Shown: piece by piece, positions 10,575 through 22,849 of the stretch | Numbering within the stretch: position 1 is the first letter of the stretch | Layout: each line of letters starts with the position of its first letter | Assembly (NCBI GenBank): GCA_030704615.1 | Contig: CM060731.1 | Span: 7,998,001-8,062,000, forward strand | Direction: 5' to 3' | Length of the DNA: 64,000 nucleotides | DNA from: Takakia lepidozioides | Taxonomy: Eukaryota; Plantae; Bryophyta | The notes under the pieces: model-generated | Told to the model about the DNA's origin: nothing | Database searches by the model: none | Seen by the model: the letters and a program-made list of their open reading frames with translations, nothing else | Program-made: the position numbers and the translations under genes

Positions 10575-13500
10575 TCAACGCTTCTTCCGCTTTTGAGGTC
10601 GCCCTTCGAACGCTGCAACTGCCTCGGATGCGTTTCCCATTTCTGAGGCACGCACCCAAGATGCCTCCACAAGATGATAGCCCTTCCATTTGACGAGATA
10701 CTCAGTTTCTCGGTTCTTGAACCTCCTCGACTTAAGTATTGCCTCCACCTCGTACTCGGGTTCATTTTCATGATCCAACAGCATAGGTGGCGGACGCAAC
10801 ACTTGCTGACGATTCGGACGTGCTTCATCTTTGAAGTAAGGCTTCAAAAGGGAGACATGGAATACTGGGTGCACCTTGCTGTTTGCTGGCAGCTCCAATT
10901 CATACACATCCTCATTCATAACCCTCCGAATGCGAAAGGGACCCGCATACGGAGGTACGAACTTCGGACTCATTTCCGGAGGTAGTCGAAAATTCTTGAT
11001 GTTCAACCAGACCTCTGTGCCTGCCTCAAACTTCACTTCCCTCCGCTTCCGATTCGCCTGCCTTTCATACCGTTTCCTAGCTTTGGCAATGTTGTACTTT
11101 GCGAGCTTCAACAAACGCTCGCGTTCTTCCAGTACCGCCGCTACTGCTGGTTCCTCAACGTCCTGGGCGGCCCAACTTGTCGGCACCAGAGGTGCTTTTC
11201 CATAGACCAACACAAAAGGGGAAACTCCCGTCGCGGAGTGTTCTGTGTTATTATAACAGAACTCTGCCGCGTCTAAGTGTTCCATCCAGTCTGATTGGTC
11301 TGCCGACACGTAATTCCGCAAGAATTGCTTCACTACGGAATTCACTCTTTCCGTTTGGCCGTCGTCGTAGGTCGGAAGGCGGTGCTCATCTTCAGCCTCG
11401 TCCCCATCTTCTTCCAAAGTGCTCTCCAGAATTTACTCGTAAACTTTGGGTCGCGGTCCGAGACAATATCCTTCGGGACTCCATGATGCTTTAAGACGTG
11501 GGCGAAGTAAAGTCGCCCTGTCTCCTGCGCAGTTGCCGTCTCCTTGGTGGGGATGAAATGGGCCATTTTACTGAACCTATCTACCACCACCATGATTGCA
11601 TCGAATCCTTTTGACAGCGGCATAGCAGTCATGAAATCCATCGAGACGCTTTCCCAAGTCCCCTCTGGAATCGGCAAGGGTTGTAACAGCCCCGCTTGCT
11701 TTTTATACTCGCTCCGGTTTTGTTGGCATGTGGTGCATGTCTTTACATACTCCTCTGCCTCCTCCCTCAGTTTGGGCCAGAAATACTCTTTCTTCAAGAG
11801 TGCCGCAGTGCGCTTGGCTCCACCGTGGCCCGCAAGCGGGCTATCATGGCATTCTCTCAAGAGACTATCCCTGATCCCTCCCTTTGGCACATAGAGACGT
11901 TTTTGCTTATACCGGAGCAGTCCGTTTTGCAAGTGGAACTGCGATTTAACCCCCATTCTCAAGTTCTGCATCACGCACTTTGCCAGCTCATCCTTCCGGC
12001 AAGCCTTCCGGATCTTCCTTTGGAGCGCCGTCTCGCCCTTGTACACCAACAAGAGCTGCTGCTTTCTACTTAAAGCATCGGCCACCACATTGTCCCGTCC
12101 CGGTTTGTACTGGATATCCACGTCGAACACTGCCAAAGTATCTTGCCACCTAAGTTGTTTTGGGGACAACTTGGGCTGCGTGGCAAAATACTTCACCGTG
12201 ACATTGTCCGTGAACACCTTCACTGGGTTGGAACCAACATAGTGGCGCCAGAGTTCAAGGCAATGTACCACCGCCTTCATCTCTTTTTCGTGCGTCGGCC
12301 ACCGTCGCTCCACTTCATTCAGTTTCTTACTTTCGTAAGCCACTGGACGTCCATCTTGCATAAGTACACCCCCAATTGCGAAGTCCGATGCATCTGTATG
12401 AATCTCAAACGGACGATCGAACTCCGGGATTTTTAAGACTGGAGCTTCCGTCATCCGCTGCTTCAATTCAGCAAAAGCTTGGCCACAAAATGTGTTCCAT
12501 ACCCAGACTTTGGATTTACACAGAAGGTCCGACAGCGGCCCCGCGATCTTGGCGAAATTTCTCACATACTTCCGGTAATAGGAGGCGAGTCCTAGGAAGG
12601 ATCGCACTCCCGGGACCGAAGTCGGAGGCTCCCAGTCCAAGATCGCCCTCACCTTTCTGTCATCCATTTTGATCCCATCCTGTGTAATCACGTGCCCCAA
12701 GAACTCCACTTTTGTGACCCCGAATTCGCACTTTGAAGCTTTGGCATACAGCTTCCCTTCTCGCAATTTTTGGAACACCCTTTTGAGGTGCTCCAGGTGC
12801 TCCTCCTTTGTTTTCGAGTACACCAAGATGTCGTCGATGTACACGATCACAAAGTCATCCAACCACTCCTGGAAAAGGCTGTTCATCAGCGTGCTAAATG
12901 TCGCTGGTGCATTGGTGAGCCCAAAAGGCATCACCAAGAACTCATATGAACCATACCTTGTCCTGCACGCGGTCTTCTCCTCATCTCCTTCCGCCACCCG
13001 GATTTGGTGATAGCCGGAGCGCAAGTCGATCCGGCTGAAATACTTCGCTCCTGCCAACCGATCGAAAAGGTCGTCGATCCTTGGCAAAGGGTACCGGTTT
13101 TTGATAGTCACCTTATTCAGAGCCCTGTAATCGACACACATCCGCAGCGTCCCATCCTTCTTGTCTGCAAATAGCACCGGGGCTCCGTAAGGTGACTTAC
13201 TCGGCCGGATGTACCCCTTTGACATTAGATCTTTGAGCTGAGTCTTCAGCTCGACCAACTCTTTGTGGCTCAACCGGTAGGGCGCCTTGGCAGGCGGTTC
13301 CGATCCCGGTATCACCTCAATTTTGTGGTCAACTCCTCTTCGCGGTGGCAAGCCGCTTGGTAAATCCTCCGGCATCACATCCTGGTATTTCTCCAAAATC
13401 CCCTTGATCCAATCTGGGCTCGGCTCCCCATCGCCTTCTCCTTTCACTTCTCTAATGTAAAGCAAAAACTGGGACTCGTGTGTCTCCTCCACGGCCCACT

Positions 13501-15136
13501 CCTTTGCTGATAGAAGGTTTATTCGCCCTCCCACGGATTTGGGCGTTTCCGACACTCGTAAAACCTCGCCACCATTCCCACATGGCAGCGTGACTACTCT
13601 CTTGCGGCCATCTATGACCGCTCCGGATTTGCTCAAAAAGGTCATTCCCAAAATGAGATCCACTCCATCGATCTCGCAGATAGTGAAGTTCTCACGTCCC
13701 TCCCAACTCCCCAGTTGAAGAGGAACATCAAACGCCAACCTTGTCGCCAACTGAGGTTCTCCTTTGGCAGAGCGCACCTCAATAGAGGCCCCCACGTCAC
13801 TTGTCGGGAGTCCCAACTTTCGCGCCGCCGCCGGCGTCATGAAGGAGTGCGACGCTCCTGTGTCCACCAACAACGACACATTAGTTCCGGATATTATCCC
13901 ATCCACGAACAATAACTGACTCCCTTTTCGTAAGGCGCCAGTTTCCTGATACAACTCACAAGAAAATTTGCCTACCTTGCAAGTCCTGGCGACCACCGCT
14001 TCCACCAAGCGACTGATGGTATCTTCCGACAGCTCCGTGGTCGCCCGAGTCATGTTCAATTGTCGGGGCTTCGTGCACTTCTTGGCCATGTGTCCGGGCT
14101 CCCCGCAATTGAAACACACTCCATCAAAGGTCGCCTTCTGTCCGCCATAAGTCGCTCCACCCGCTTTTCCTTTCGAAGCACCGGGTGCCGCCTTGACGTG
14201 TGAAGGACCTCCCTTCGATTTCCACGTGCCATTTTCGCCGCGTGGCCTATCCCACTTCTTTTCCGGTCGGGAGGAGTCACCTTCCCGCCGGGTCTTCTTG
14301 TGGTTCAGCTCCGTACGGCCTTGTCTCTCACCCCTAGGGACATCCGAGAAACATTCAGCTCTCTCAATTGCCTCGTTCAAAGTCTTGGGTGGCTTCTCCT
14401 CCAACTTCCGCCTAGCCCATGGGGCCAGTCCCGCCACAAAGTTGAAGACCATTTCTGGTTCTGCCATGTCCGCGACTTCGAGCAACAGCACATTGAAAGC
14501 CTGGACATACCCCCGAATGTCATCTGTTTGCTTCAAATTCCTCATCTTGTCCCGGGCAAGCCAGGATGCGTTGAGGGGCACAAACTGTCTCTTCATCAAT
14601 TCCTTGAACTCACTCCAGTTCAAGGTTTCCGGGCTTGGGCCTCGGTCGTGAAGGCGTTTCTGCCACCATTGTTGAGCATAGCCCCTCAAATAGGTGGGAG
14701 CCACTTCCACCCGATCCTCGTCACTCAACTTGGCCGCCCGGAAGTACTGCTCTAGCTCCAGGAGCCAGGTGTTGAGTGCCTTCCGGTTTCGAACGCCCTC
14801 GAAGGTGCCGGGTTCCTTAGGCTTCACCTTAAACTTTGCCTTGGTGGAAGTGGCATTAGCCGCCTTCAACACGTCTTTCAACGTCCCGCCAAACTGCGCC
14901 AACAACCCTTCCCAAAAGGCTGCCGGCATGGGAGGCATCTCTTGGTTTGTCGGAGCTCTCAAAGATTCCTCGGGCTCCGACTCCTCGGATTCCTCCCGCT
15001 CCTGAGCGGCCTCGTTTTCGGAAACATTAATCGCTTCCTCAAACGGCCGCCTCGGTGACACGTCGCCCCCATCGGGCTCACCGGAATCATCATCTTTTGG
15101 GCCGTTCCGCTTTCGCTTCGGCTTGCCCGACCCCAT
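10575..15136 (-). CDS. Gag-Pol polyprotein (Gag, CCHC knuckle, protease, RT, RNase H, integrase, chromodomain) with one frameshift in integrase near 11370
   Basis: [14 protein letters not shown]; [10 protein letters not shown]; YIDDIL; HTDASDFA; [12 protein letters not shown]; SMDFM; [12 protein letters not shown] then shifts frame into DGQTERVN. C-terminal YEVEAILK...YLVKWKGY chromodomain. Confidence 0.93.
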
Positions 15137-15177
15137 GATGAGGCCAATCCCAAGGACGATCGCGTACTGAACTCTAA

Positions 15178-15189
15178 GCTCTGATACCA
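15178..15189 (-). promoter_or_regulatory. Primer-binding site (tRNA-iMet)
   Basis: TGGTATCAGAGC on the - strand, 2 nt inside the 5' LTR boundary. Confidence 0.9.
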
Positions 15190-15191
15190 AG

Positions 15192-15914
15192 TGTCGCACA
15201 CCTCAGTTCGGTAAACTCCCTTCAAGTCATAGTTACTCGCTTTGATGCGCGCGCCTGACTCCCAACCTGGCCCCCAGGCCAAGTTGGAGTTTCGGCTGCT
15301 CACCGGGACATAACGGTCCCCTTCCGCTTCCCTCTAAACCCTCCACCTATTTGGGACTAGGAGAATTCCCTTTGGTAGATGGCAGTCCGGAACAGCTCCC
15401 CACTCTTTGGTCGCTTTCCGGCTCGCTCGCTTACTCACTAGTTTTTGGTCACCAACGGGCTTGCACCGTTCTCGGGGTTACTACTCCCTATATATACTTC
15501 TGTAGCTGTCCGCGGGGGTTTCATAACCAGCCATGCCATTTTATGGCGAACCACCACGAAAACCCTCGACTCCCGGTGGTGAGTCGCGGTGAGTCTTGGC
15601 CCACTCACCGCGGCCCCAATGGACCGTGATGAGTCCCAAGACTCCCCACGACTCCCACCTCGAGGTCTCCTCCCCATGGTGAGTCCTATGCCACCCCCAC
15701 TAAGTCCCACTAAGCTACCACCACCCCTTGTGGAGCCACCTCCACCGCAACCCGGTGTGCGGGGCTCCACCTAGTGAGCGCCTCCGCCTCCTTGAGTGCC
15801 TTGGGCACTCAAGGGTGCTTCAGCCCCCCATACCTATCGCTGCCGCTGCCCCCACCACAGGGGCAGCCCCTCATGTGTCCCGACCCCCTGCCCTCAAGGC
15901 AAAGGGCCGCGACA
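15192..15914 (-). repeat. 5' LTR of the chromovirus
   Basis: Direct repeat of 8945-9667, adjacent to the PBS. Confidence 0.95.
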
Positions 15915-15919
15915 AATAG

Positions 15920-18900
15920 CAGTTCTTTGTGCTGCTGTGCCCCTTCCTGCACAAAAACTTGGGAAACATTATCATGCGGATTCCGTGAAGCCAGTGGATC
16001 CGCCACTACAGTCTTTCCCCGCCTCTGTCTCTTATTCTCGTGTTGCCCTGCCATTCCACCCTCACTGTGTGAAGAGCCTTGCTCTTCCATTGCAGTGGTT
16101 TCTAGCTCAAACACTCCCATCTCCTTTTTTTCTCGAGCATCAAGGATGCCATAATCAAGAATTATTTGAGCAATGATTGGGCCAGACACTATGATAGGAG
16201 ACTTTGCGGCAGTACCCTGTAATCTTTTCATCTCCTCTACCAGTGCATTGTACATTATGTCCGCCCATTCTACCTCTTCTCCTCTCAGGGCTTTGAGTAT
16301 TTCCTCTATGAAGGATCTGCTCAAATACTGTTGGTTTTGTTTCATGGCAAACAGAACGTTCAATACCTGGCCTACCTCCTTAAGCCCTGGGTACACGGCC
16401 TTGGTATAAGCATAACCCTGAGTTTTAAAGAAACTCCCTTCTTGGAATAAGTCCCCTATTTGCAGTCTTGCCCTGTGCTCCTCCACATGCACCTGGCCTG
16501 CTGGCAATCGAAACAATTGCTGTAGGTATAGGGGAGTAATTACTAATTCAACTCCCTTCACCGTTGTTGCTCCTGTCCTTGGCTCAAAGTTCTGTAAGAA
16601 TTGTAACATGTACTGTCTATGGTGCAATGCCTGTCCATTACCCTGTGGGTAATATGTTGTACTCTTCCTATGCACAATCATGAATTCTTTAGTCAATAAT
16701 TCAATGGTCTCATTAATGAAGTGACTTCCCTGATCACTGATAAATTCTAAGGGACAGCCAAATCGTGTAAGTATGTTCTTATACAGGAACCTTGCTGTGG
16801 ACTTGGTTGTGTTGTCCCTCAAAGCTTTAGCTTCCACCCACTTTGTAGTATAATCAGTTGCTGTAATTATGTACCTGTTCCGTGTATTATTGGCTGGTGG
16901 GTTAATTGGTCCAACAAAGTCTAGTCCCCATTTCTGAAATGGTTCTGTAGGCATTGTAGGATGCAAGGCCATCCTTCCAGATCTCTGCAAAGGTCCTAGC
17001 CTCTGACATTCATCACAACTTTGACAATACTTGTGTACATCTTTGAATAAAGTAGGCCACCAGTAACCTGCGAGTAGTATTTTTCTACTGGTAGTCTCTT
17101 CTCCAAAATGACCTCCAGCCACTCCTTTATGAACTTCCTCCAAAACTTTATTTACTTCATGGTGGTACAAGCATCGTTTTAGTACTCCATCAGGTCCTAG
17201 CTTATACATTCTGCTTCCTACCATAGTATAAGGTAAAGCTTTGATAGCGATTCTCTTCCTCTGCTCCTTACCATAACTAGGTGGGCATTGACCATGAGTA
17301 AGGTAGTATCTGATTGGCCACTGCCAATCTAACCATTCTTCTGTACTTCCTTGCACCTCCATTACAAATAAACTCGCATCAGGTAACTGATCGTCCACTC
17401 CTGTGGCGGCCTCTCCTGTTGTTAGTCGTGACAAATGATCTGCCACAAGATGCAAACGGCCAGGCTTGTAAATAACCTCGAACTCAAACTCATGCAAGAT
17501 TATTAACCACCTCGCTATCCTTCCACTTATCAAAGGTTTGTTCACCAGATATATCAGAGCCTGGTGATCCACATAAAACATAAACTTTCTTCCCAATAGG
17601 TAATGCCTGAATTTCTTGACTGCATAAATCATTGCCAATGCTTCTCTTTCAGTTGTGCTATAGTTCCTTTCAGCACTGTTCATCAACCTGCTAGCATAGT
17701 ACACAGGTGAATCTATATTTCCTGTAACATTCTGGGCTAACACCGCTCCCAACGCTTCTCCTGATGCATCGCAGTGAACATGAAATACTACATGCCAGTG
17801 AGGGTTAATCAGCACAGGTGTAGTTGTTACTGACAGTGTAAGTTCCTCAAACGCCTGTTGACATTCAGCTATCCAGGCAAACACTGCATCTTTCTTCAGA
17901 AGCTTGCTCAATGGTGCTGCTATTTGTGCATACCTTTTGACAAATCTTCTGTAATAACTGGTTTGCCCAAGGAATCTCCTTAAACTCTTAACATTCACTG
18001 GTCGTGGGGAGGCTTTAATGGACTCTGTCTTCCTGGGATCCACAAGAAGTCCCTTCTTACACACAATGTGTCCCAGATTCACCCCTGAGTTCACACAGAA
18101 AGTACACTTCTCTGGATTCAAGCCCAGACCTCTCATCCTGCATCTGGCCAGACATAACTCCAATTTATGCAAGTGCTCATTCTTAGAGCTGTACACACTG
18201 AAATCATCCAAGAACACCTGTATGAAATCATCTAGATACTCATGAAAAGATTCACTTATTACTCTCTGAAAGGTTGCTGGTGCATTACAAAGTCCAAAGG
18301 GCATGACTTTGTATGCATAAGCACCCCAGTCTGTGATGAAAGCTGTCTTTCCTTGATCTTCTTCTGCCATTTGCACTTGATTATAACCACTGAAACCATC
18401 CATGAATGAGTACATCTCATGGCCTGCCACAGTGTCCAATACTGCTTCTGTGAATGGCAAAGGGAAAGGATCTTTCTTCGTACAAGCATTCAGCTTCTTG
18501 TAGTTCACACATACTCTTAGTTTACCATTCTTCTTGGGAACTATAACAATGGGTGACAACCAAGTTGTATACTCTATTGGGTATATAAACTTAGCCTCAG
18601 CTAACTTCTTGATCTCTTCTCCAACCTTCTGTGCGTAGTTGGGATTCATTCTGTACCTCGCCTGCTTGATTGGTACTGACCCTGGTTCCAGTTCAATCTT
18701 ATGCTGACAGACTTCAGGTGGTATCCCTTTTAGATCTCTTGCAGCTGTCCTTCTGTTGTAGTAACAATTCTCAGTAGAATGGTTATCCATTTTACAGATA
18801 GTACAGTGTTTCTCCTTCATGTGGCATTCTGTGGTGGTATGGCCTTCATTCTGGCACTTTGCACACCATACACCCTTCCTCCAATGTGTTGCAGCCTCTG

Positions 18901-20382
18901 TGGCATACTTCTTCAAGATTTCTTCCAATCTTTTTTCATAGTTATCCCTCTTCAACTTCTCCTTTCTCTTACTCTTCCTTTTTAGTTCTTGCTCTTCTTC
19001 TTCATCTGACTCATCCTCAGAGTCCTCATCATCCCTTTTCTCTCTCCTGAGCATTCCCAATTGCTCAATTCTGTTTGTAGTTTCAAATGCCTCCTCCACT
19101 GTATTATGGGGTAACATATCCACTTTCTTTTGCAACTCTGGTCTTAGTCCACTCACAAACCAAGTCTTCTGTAAACCGGGTGCTGGTACTGCAGCCAGCT
19201 TTTTCATCATCAATTCCATCTTTTCCATATACTCCTCAACAGTTTCATGCTTCTTTTGCTTTAACTGTTGTAAACTTCCATACACTTCATCCTCAGTTTT
19301 ACTTGTCCTGAACCTATTTCGAAATGCTGTATTCAAGCCATTCCAAGTTAGGAAATGATTATCAGGGAATCTTGCATACCATTCACTTGCTTTCTTGATA
19401 AGTGAACAAGGAAACAATCTCATCTTGGCATCATCGCCATTCTCATTATTCACTATACACATGTGCTCAAATTGGCTAATGTGTACATCGGGATCCCCTT
19501 TTCCTGAATATATTGGAAAGGGTGGTTTTGCCCGTGTTGGTTGTAACGCCATCTGTGGCCCTACCTTCTGCCCACTGACAGGTGCTGGCACCCTTGCTGG
19601 TGCTGGTCCTTCTGGACCTGTTGTTTTTGTGGTGGATCTTTCACCAAGTGGTAGCCCTTGAGCACTCCCTGCTACTGGCCCCACGATATTCACAGTATTC
19701 CCAGCTTCAGTTGCACTACTTCCCACACTCCCTGTCCCCCCAGAGCCAGATCCAGGCCGCCCGCTTGATCCCCCTGAGCCGACACCTTCGTTGGCCTGTG
19801 ATCCAAGTGCTCACTTGATCCAGGTCCAACGGGTTGGGATGTCCTGGTTGTAGTCTCAACCTCAGCTGTTGGGTCTACTTCTTCATACTCTTCCTCTTCC
19901 AATTTCTTCTCCCTGTTTTCATCCTCCAAGTTCTGTCCTTGGGTTTCTTCTTCACTCATGTAACTCAACTGCAATGGTGTTGGAGAGTCTGAACTCTCCG
20001 TTGGCTCTGCCACATCCTCTCCTCCTTCTTCACCTTCCGCTTCAGAAACTGGAGTTCCTGCTTTTGGTGTTCCATGCCAACTCTTATCAAAGATTTCTGT
20101 CAAATCTTTTATCCAGGGATGTACCTCAGATCTTTCACCTCGTGATTGATCTTCTTCTCGTAGCAATTCCCTTAATCTTTCTTGCAAAGAAACAGAAGGA
20201 GTGGCATCCAACTCTAGTTCTTCCGGTATGGGTGATGTACTCTTTGATCTTAATGGTGTGAGAGGTCCAGATGATTCCCCTATGTCTATTCCTCTCTCCC
20301 AAAGATATGGATAATTAGCTTTCAGATAGCTTTCTCTTTTTGCTGAATATCTCTGGCGTCTAGCTTCTCTTTCATCACTCAT
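15920..20382 (-). pseudogene. Gag-Pol of the non-chromovirus element: protease deleted, integrase truncated and fused in frame to the 3' ORF
   Basis: Gag (PIYSGKGDPDVH) and two CCHC knuckles join directly to the RT start (DLKGIPPEVCQHKIEL) at ~18740. RT FLDDF; RNase H HCDASG; IN WGLDFVG and ISDQGSHF, ending at PQGNGQA (~16628) before the catalytic Glu. The acidic N-terminal part (19690-20382) is out of frame. Confidence 0.85.
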
Positions 20383-20404
20383 GTCCCATGTCTTTCATTT
20401 CTTT

Positions 20405-21100
20405 TTAATGTGGCAATAACCAAAACTCTCTTCTGTAATATCTCTCGTATATGCCTGGGTTTCTTTCAAGCTTCAATGCACCCTTGGCTATACTTGAAGT
20501 CTCCGTTACCATATAACCATATGGCAAACAAGTCTGGAAAGCTGTTCTTGGTGTGAGTTTGATCCACAAAATATCCTTTGGAATCCAATTCTTTACCAGT
20601 ACAAGCTCTTCATGCATATGAGTATAAACATTCACTTTTCTTTCTTCCCAGCCTTCAAACTCTACTCGCTTAATGGATAGTAAGGCTATCACATAAACCA
20701 ATGTTGGTAACCACCGTGCTCTTCCTCTACAGGCTACCTGATAAATCTTTATCACTCCTTTCTCCAGACCCCATTCCGGATCAGCATCATGCACTCGCTT
20801 AAGAATATTTTCTTTACAACCGTCTGGCAATTCCAAGAACCTTTGAAAGAATTGTTTGGACAATCTTTCTTCCTTCGTTCCACTGGGAATTTGATTCACT
20901 TCAAATTCTTTAATGGTCCAACCACCATGATCCCACCAGATGCCTGTCACATCTGGTTGTTCATGACTCAGTTCCCCAGTATGGTCGCCAAATGTCGCGC
21001 GGCTTATACTCACCCATCCCTTCGCTATCCGAGGCAGAAACTCCAAGATAGAAGAGTTGGAAATCTCTAAGTACTCAGCCCGCTCAGAACAATCAGTCAT
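20405..21100 (-). CDS. Extra ORF upstream of gag, unknown function (231 aa)
   Basis: Intact ATG-started ORF, same strand, between the putative LTR and gag; no motif recognised. Confidence 0.5.
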   Translation of the reverse strand: MTDCSERAEYLEISNSSILEFLPRIAKGWVSISRATFGDHTGELSHEQPDVTGIWWDHGGWTIKEFEVNQIPSGTKEERLSKQFFQRFLELPDGCKENILKRVHDADPEWGLEKGVIKIYQVACRGRARWLPTLVYVIALLSIKRVEFEGWEERKVNVYTHMHEELVLVKNWIPKDILWIKLTPRTAFQTCLPYGYMVTETSSIAKGALKLERNPGIYERYYRREFWLLPH

Positions 21101-21157
21101 GACCTACAGCTAGTGTATCATGGGGGTGTTTCCTATTTGTTTTTCTTCTTGTCTTCA

Positions 21158-21870
21158 TGTTAGCATATTACCTTACTGTGTATACTGAAGCATCAGATTG
21201 CTTCAGTATCTACCAGGTTCCATTCACTCATCCATTCATTCCACAGCTTCACTCATGTCTCTCTACACAGTGTGATTGTATCGTATAAATATCAGATTAT
21301 GATTTATCAGGTATCAGGCCGAAGCCATTGTGTCTCTAATCTGCTCTACAATATCACTACAACTTTGCATATAACAAGCATCTACTAATCATCTCTCCTC
21401 CTTCACCATGCTCTCCATCTTTGCTCCCGTTCTTGCTCTCCGCCCGATCCCCTCTCATGCATGACCAAGAAGTGCTCCCCGTGAAGTGATCCCCCTTCAG
21501 TCCTTGTTCCTAGTTTTATCTTCCTACCCGTTGTTCTAACCGCTTCCCTCACTAACCGTCGTCCGTGAACTAACATGTTCCCTTCGTAGGTGTTGTTCCC
21601 CACAGTCATTCCCTGTCCTGCTATCCGTTTCCTATGGTCGTGACAGCTGTGTCAAGCTGTGACTGGCTGTGTGAAACTGTGACGGGTTGTGACCGGCTGT
21701 GTCGGTTGTGACTGGCTGTGTGGCTGTGTTGGCTGTGACGGGCTGTGTAACCCCCTTCTAAAGTGCGCTGCTGTCACCCCTAAGGCTCATGTTGGTCTCA
21801 ATCTGTGCAAAAATTAACGGTACCCTACAGATCCCGTATAAGTGTCTAAGTCCCAGACAGTCCTCTAACA
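21158..21870 (-). repeat. Putative 5' LTR of the non-chromovirus element
   Basis: TGTTAG...CTAACA inverted ends; ~10-bp-period CTGTG-rich repeats at 21640-21750. No tRNA PBS recognised and the partner LTR is outside the window, so the inner boundary is tentative. Confidence 0.45.
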
Positions 21871-22630
21871 ACCTCCATTGCCGGATCTGCTGTCCACATG
21901 TCCTCACGCCCTTCACCTGCCATGCCGCCTGCACTAACCTCCCCAATGCCTATTCTGTCGTACTCTCGTTGCAAGTCCTCCCGTCCACCAACAAAAGGTT
22001 GAAGTTTGCCCTCTCGCCCCAAGTTGGGCGATTCAAACATGCGATGAGTTGGAGCTGTCGATGATACCACCAGCGTGCCGGGCTCGTCGTCACTCTGTCA
22101 TTCCCAAAAACCGTGAAAACCAACATCGGTGCAAAAACCAACATCGCAATGAGCAGCGCAACCACCATAGCAACAATCGTGTAACAAAAATGAAAACATA
22201 ACAAGTTTAGGAAGTATGGAGAGCCATGCAACAACAATGAAAACAAATGCAACCATTGCCTGAGAATAACATGCACAAGCAGCCTTCTCCACAGCTGCCG
22301 GATTTGCACACGCATTGCAAACAATGTAAGGTTCACTCAACTATCTAAAGTTCACTCATCCAGCGAAGCCAGGATGAAGATGCAAAAACAAAGCGAGGCA
22401 ACAAAGCGAAAGCAAAAAAGAAATCGAACAAACCGAAAGCAAAAGTGGCTTGCCTGAGAGTACTCGGCTTCAGTTGGCGCGGGTTGTGAGCAAGACACTG
22501 GAATCTCCTGCTGGAGCTTCAGTTTGGCCATGCGAGAGATTGGCCGTCGTCCGTAGTACAGAGCTTTCAACTTCCGCCGCGGTCTGGATGTGAGGTCTCT
22601 CTCAGGAGAGCCACGCCCTTCAGGCGGCAT
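21871..22630 (-). pseudogene. 5' end of the ParB-MTase gene of copy 2, interrupted by the LTR retrotransposon
   Basis: Matches 802-1550 up to ...ADPAMEV, then switches to LTR sequence TGTTAGAGG. Confidence 0.85.
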
Positions 22631-22849
22631 AAGTCCCAGCCAAAATGGAAAAAGATCTCCGTTTTTGGGGTACATGCCTCGAATAGCATGTTAAGCCAAG
22701 ATTAGCATGAGATTTAGGGTACATATCCAGGAAGCCATGTGTCGCCAGCCCGAATGAAAACTGACGGTGGTGGACATTTATTGCCCAACTGCGCAATTAA
22801 ATGTCGGATGAAGCCCTCCATGTCGGATGAAAATCGACAGAACTCGGCC

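Larger units (their letters stand above)
8945..15914 (-). mobile_element. Full-length Ty3/gypsy chromovirus LTR retrotransposon, very recent insertion
   Basis: 723-bp LTRs (TG..CA) at 8945-9667 and 15192-15914; AATAG TSD at 8940-8944 and 15915-15919; tRNA-iMet PBS; purine-rich PPT next to the 3' LTR; gag-pol with chromodomain. Confidence 0.97.
7831..21870 (-). mobile_element. Non-chromovirus Ty3/gypsy LTR retrotransposon (Phygy/Selgy/Athila-like), internally deleted, interrupted by the chromovirus and cut at 7830 by MULE copy 1
   Basis: Starts TGTTAG at 21870 (-), exactly where homology to the MTase gene stops. Encodes Gag, RT, RNase H and integrase plus extra ORFs. Its 3' ORF reads in frame across the AATAG TSD of the chromovirus. 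Confidence 0.8.

Noticed and set aside
15809-15914. C-terminus of the 1305-aa ORF
   Set aside because: This is read-through into the inserted chromovirus LTR; the real continuation is at 8939 and below.
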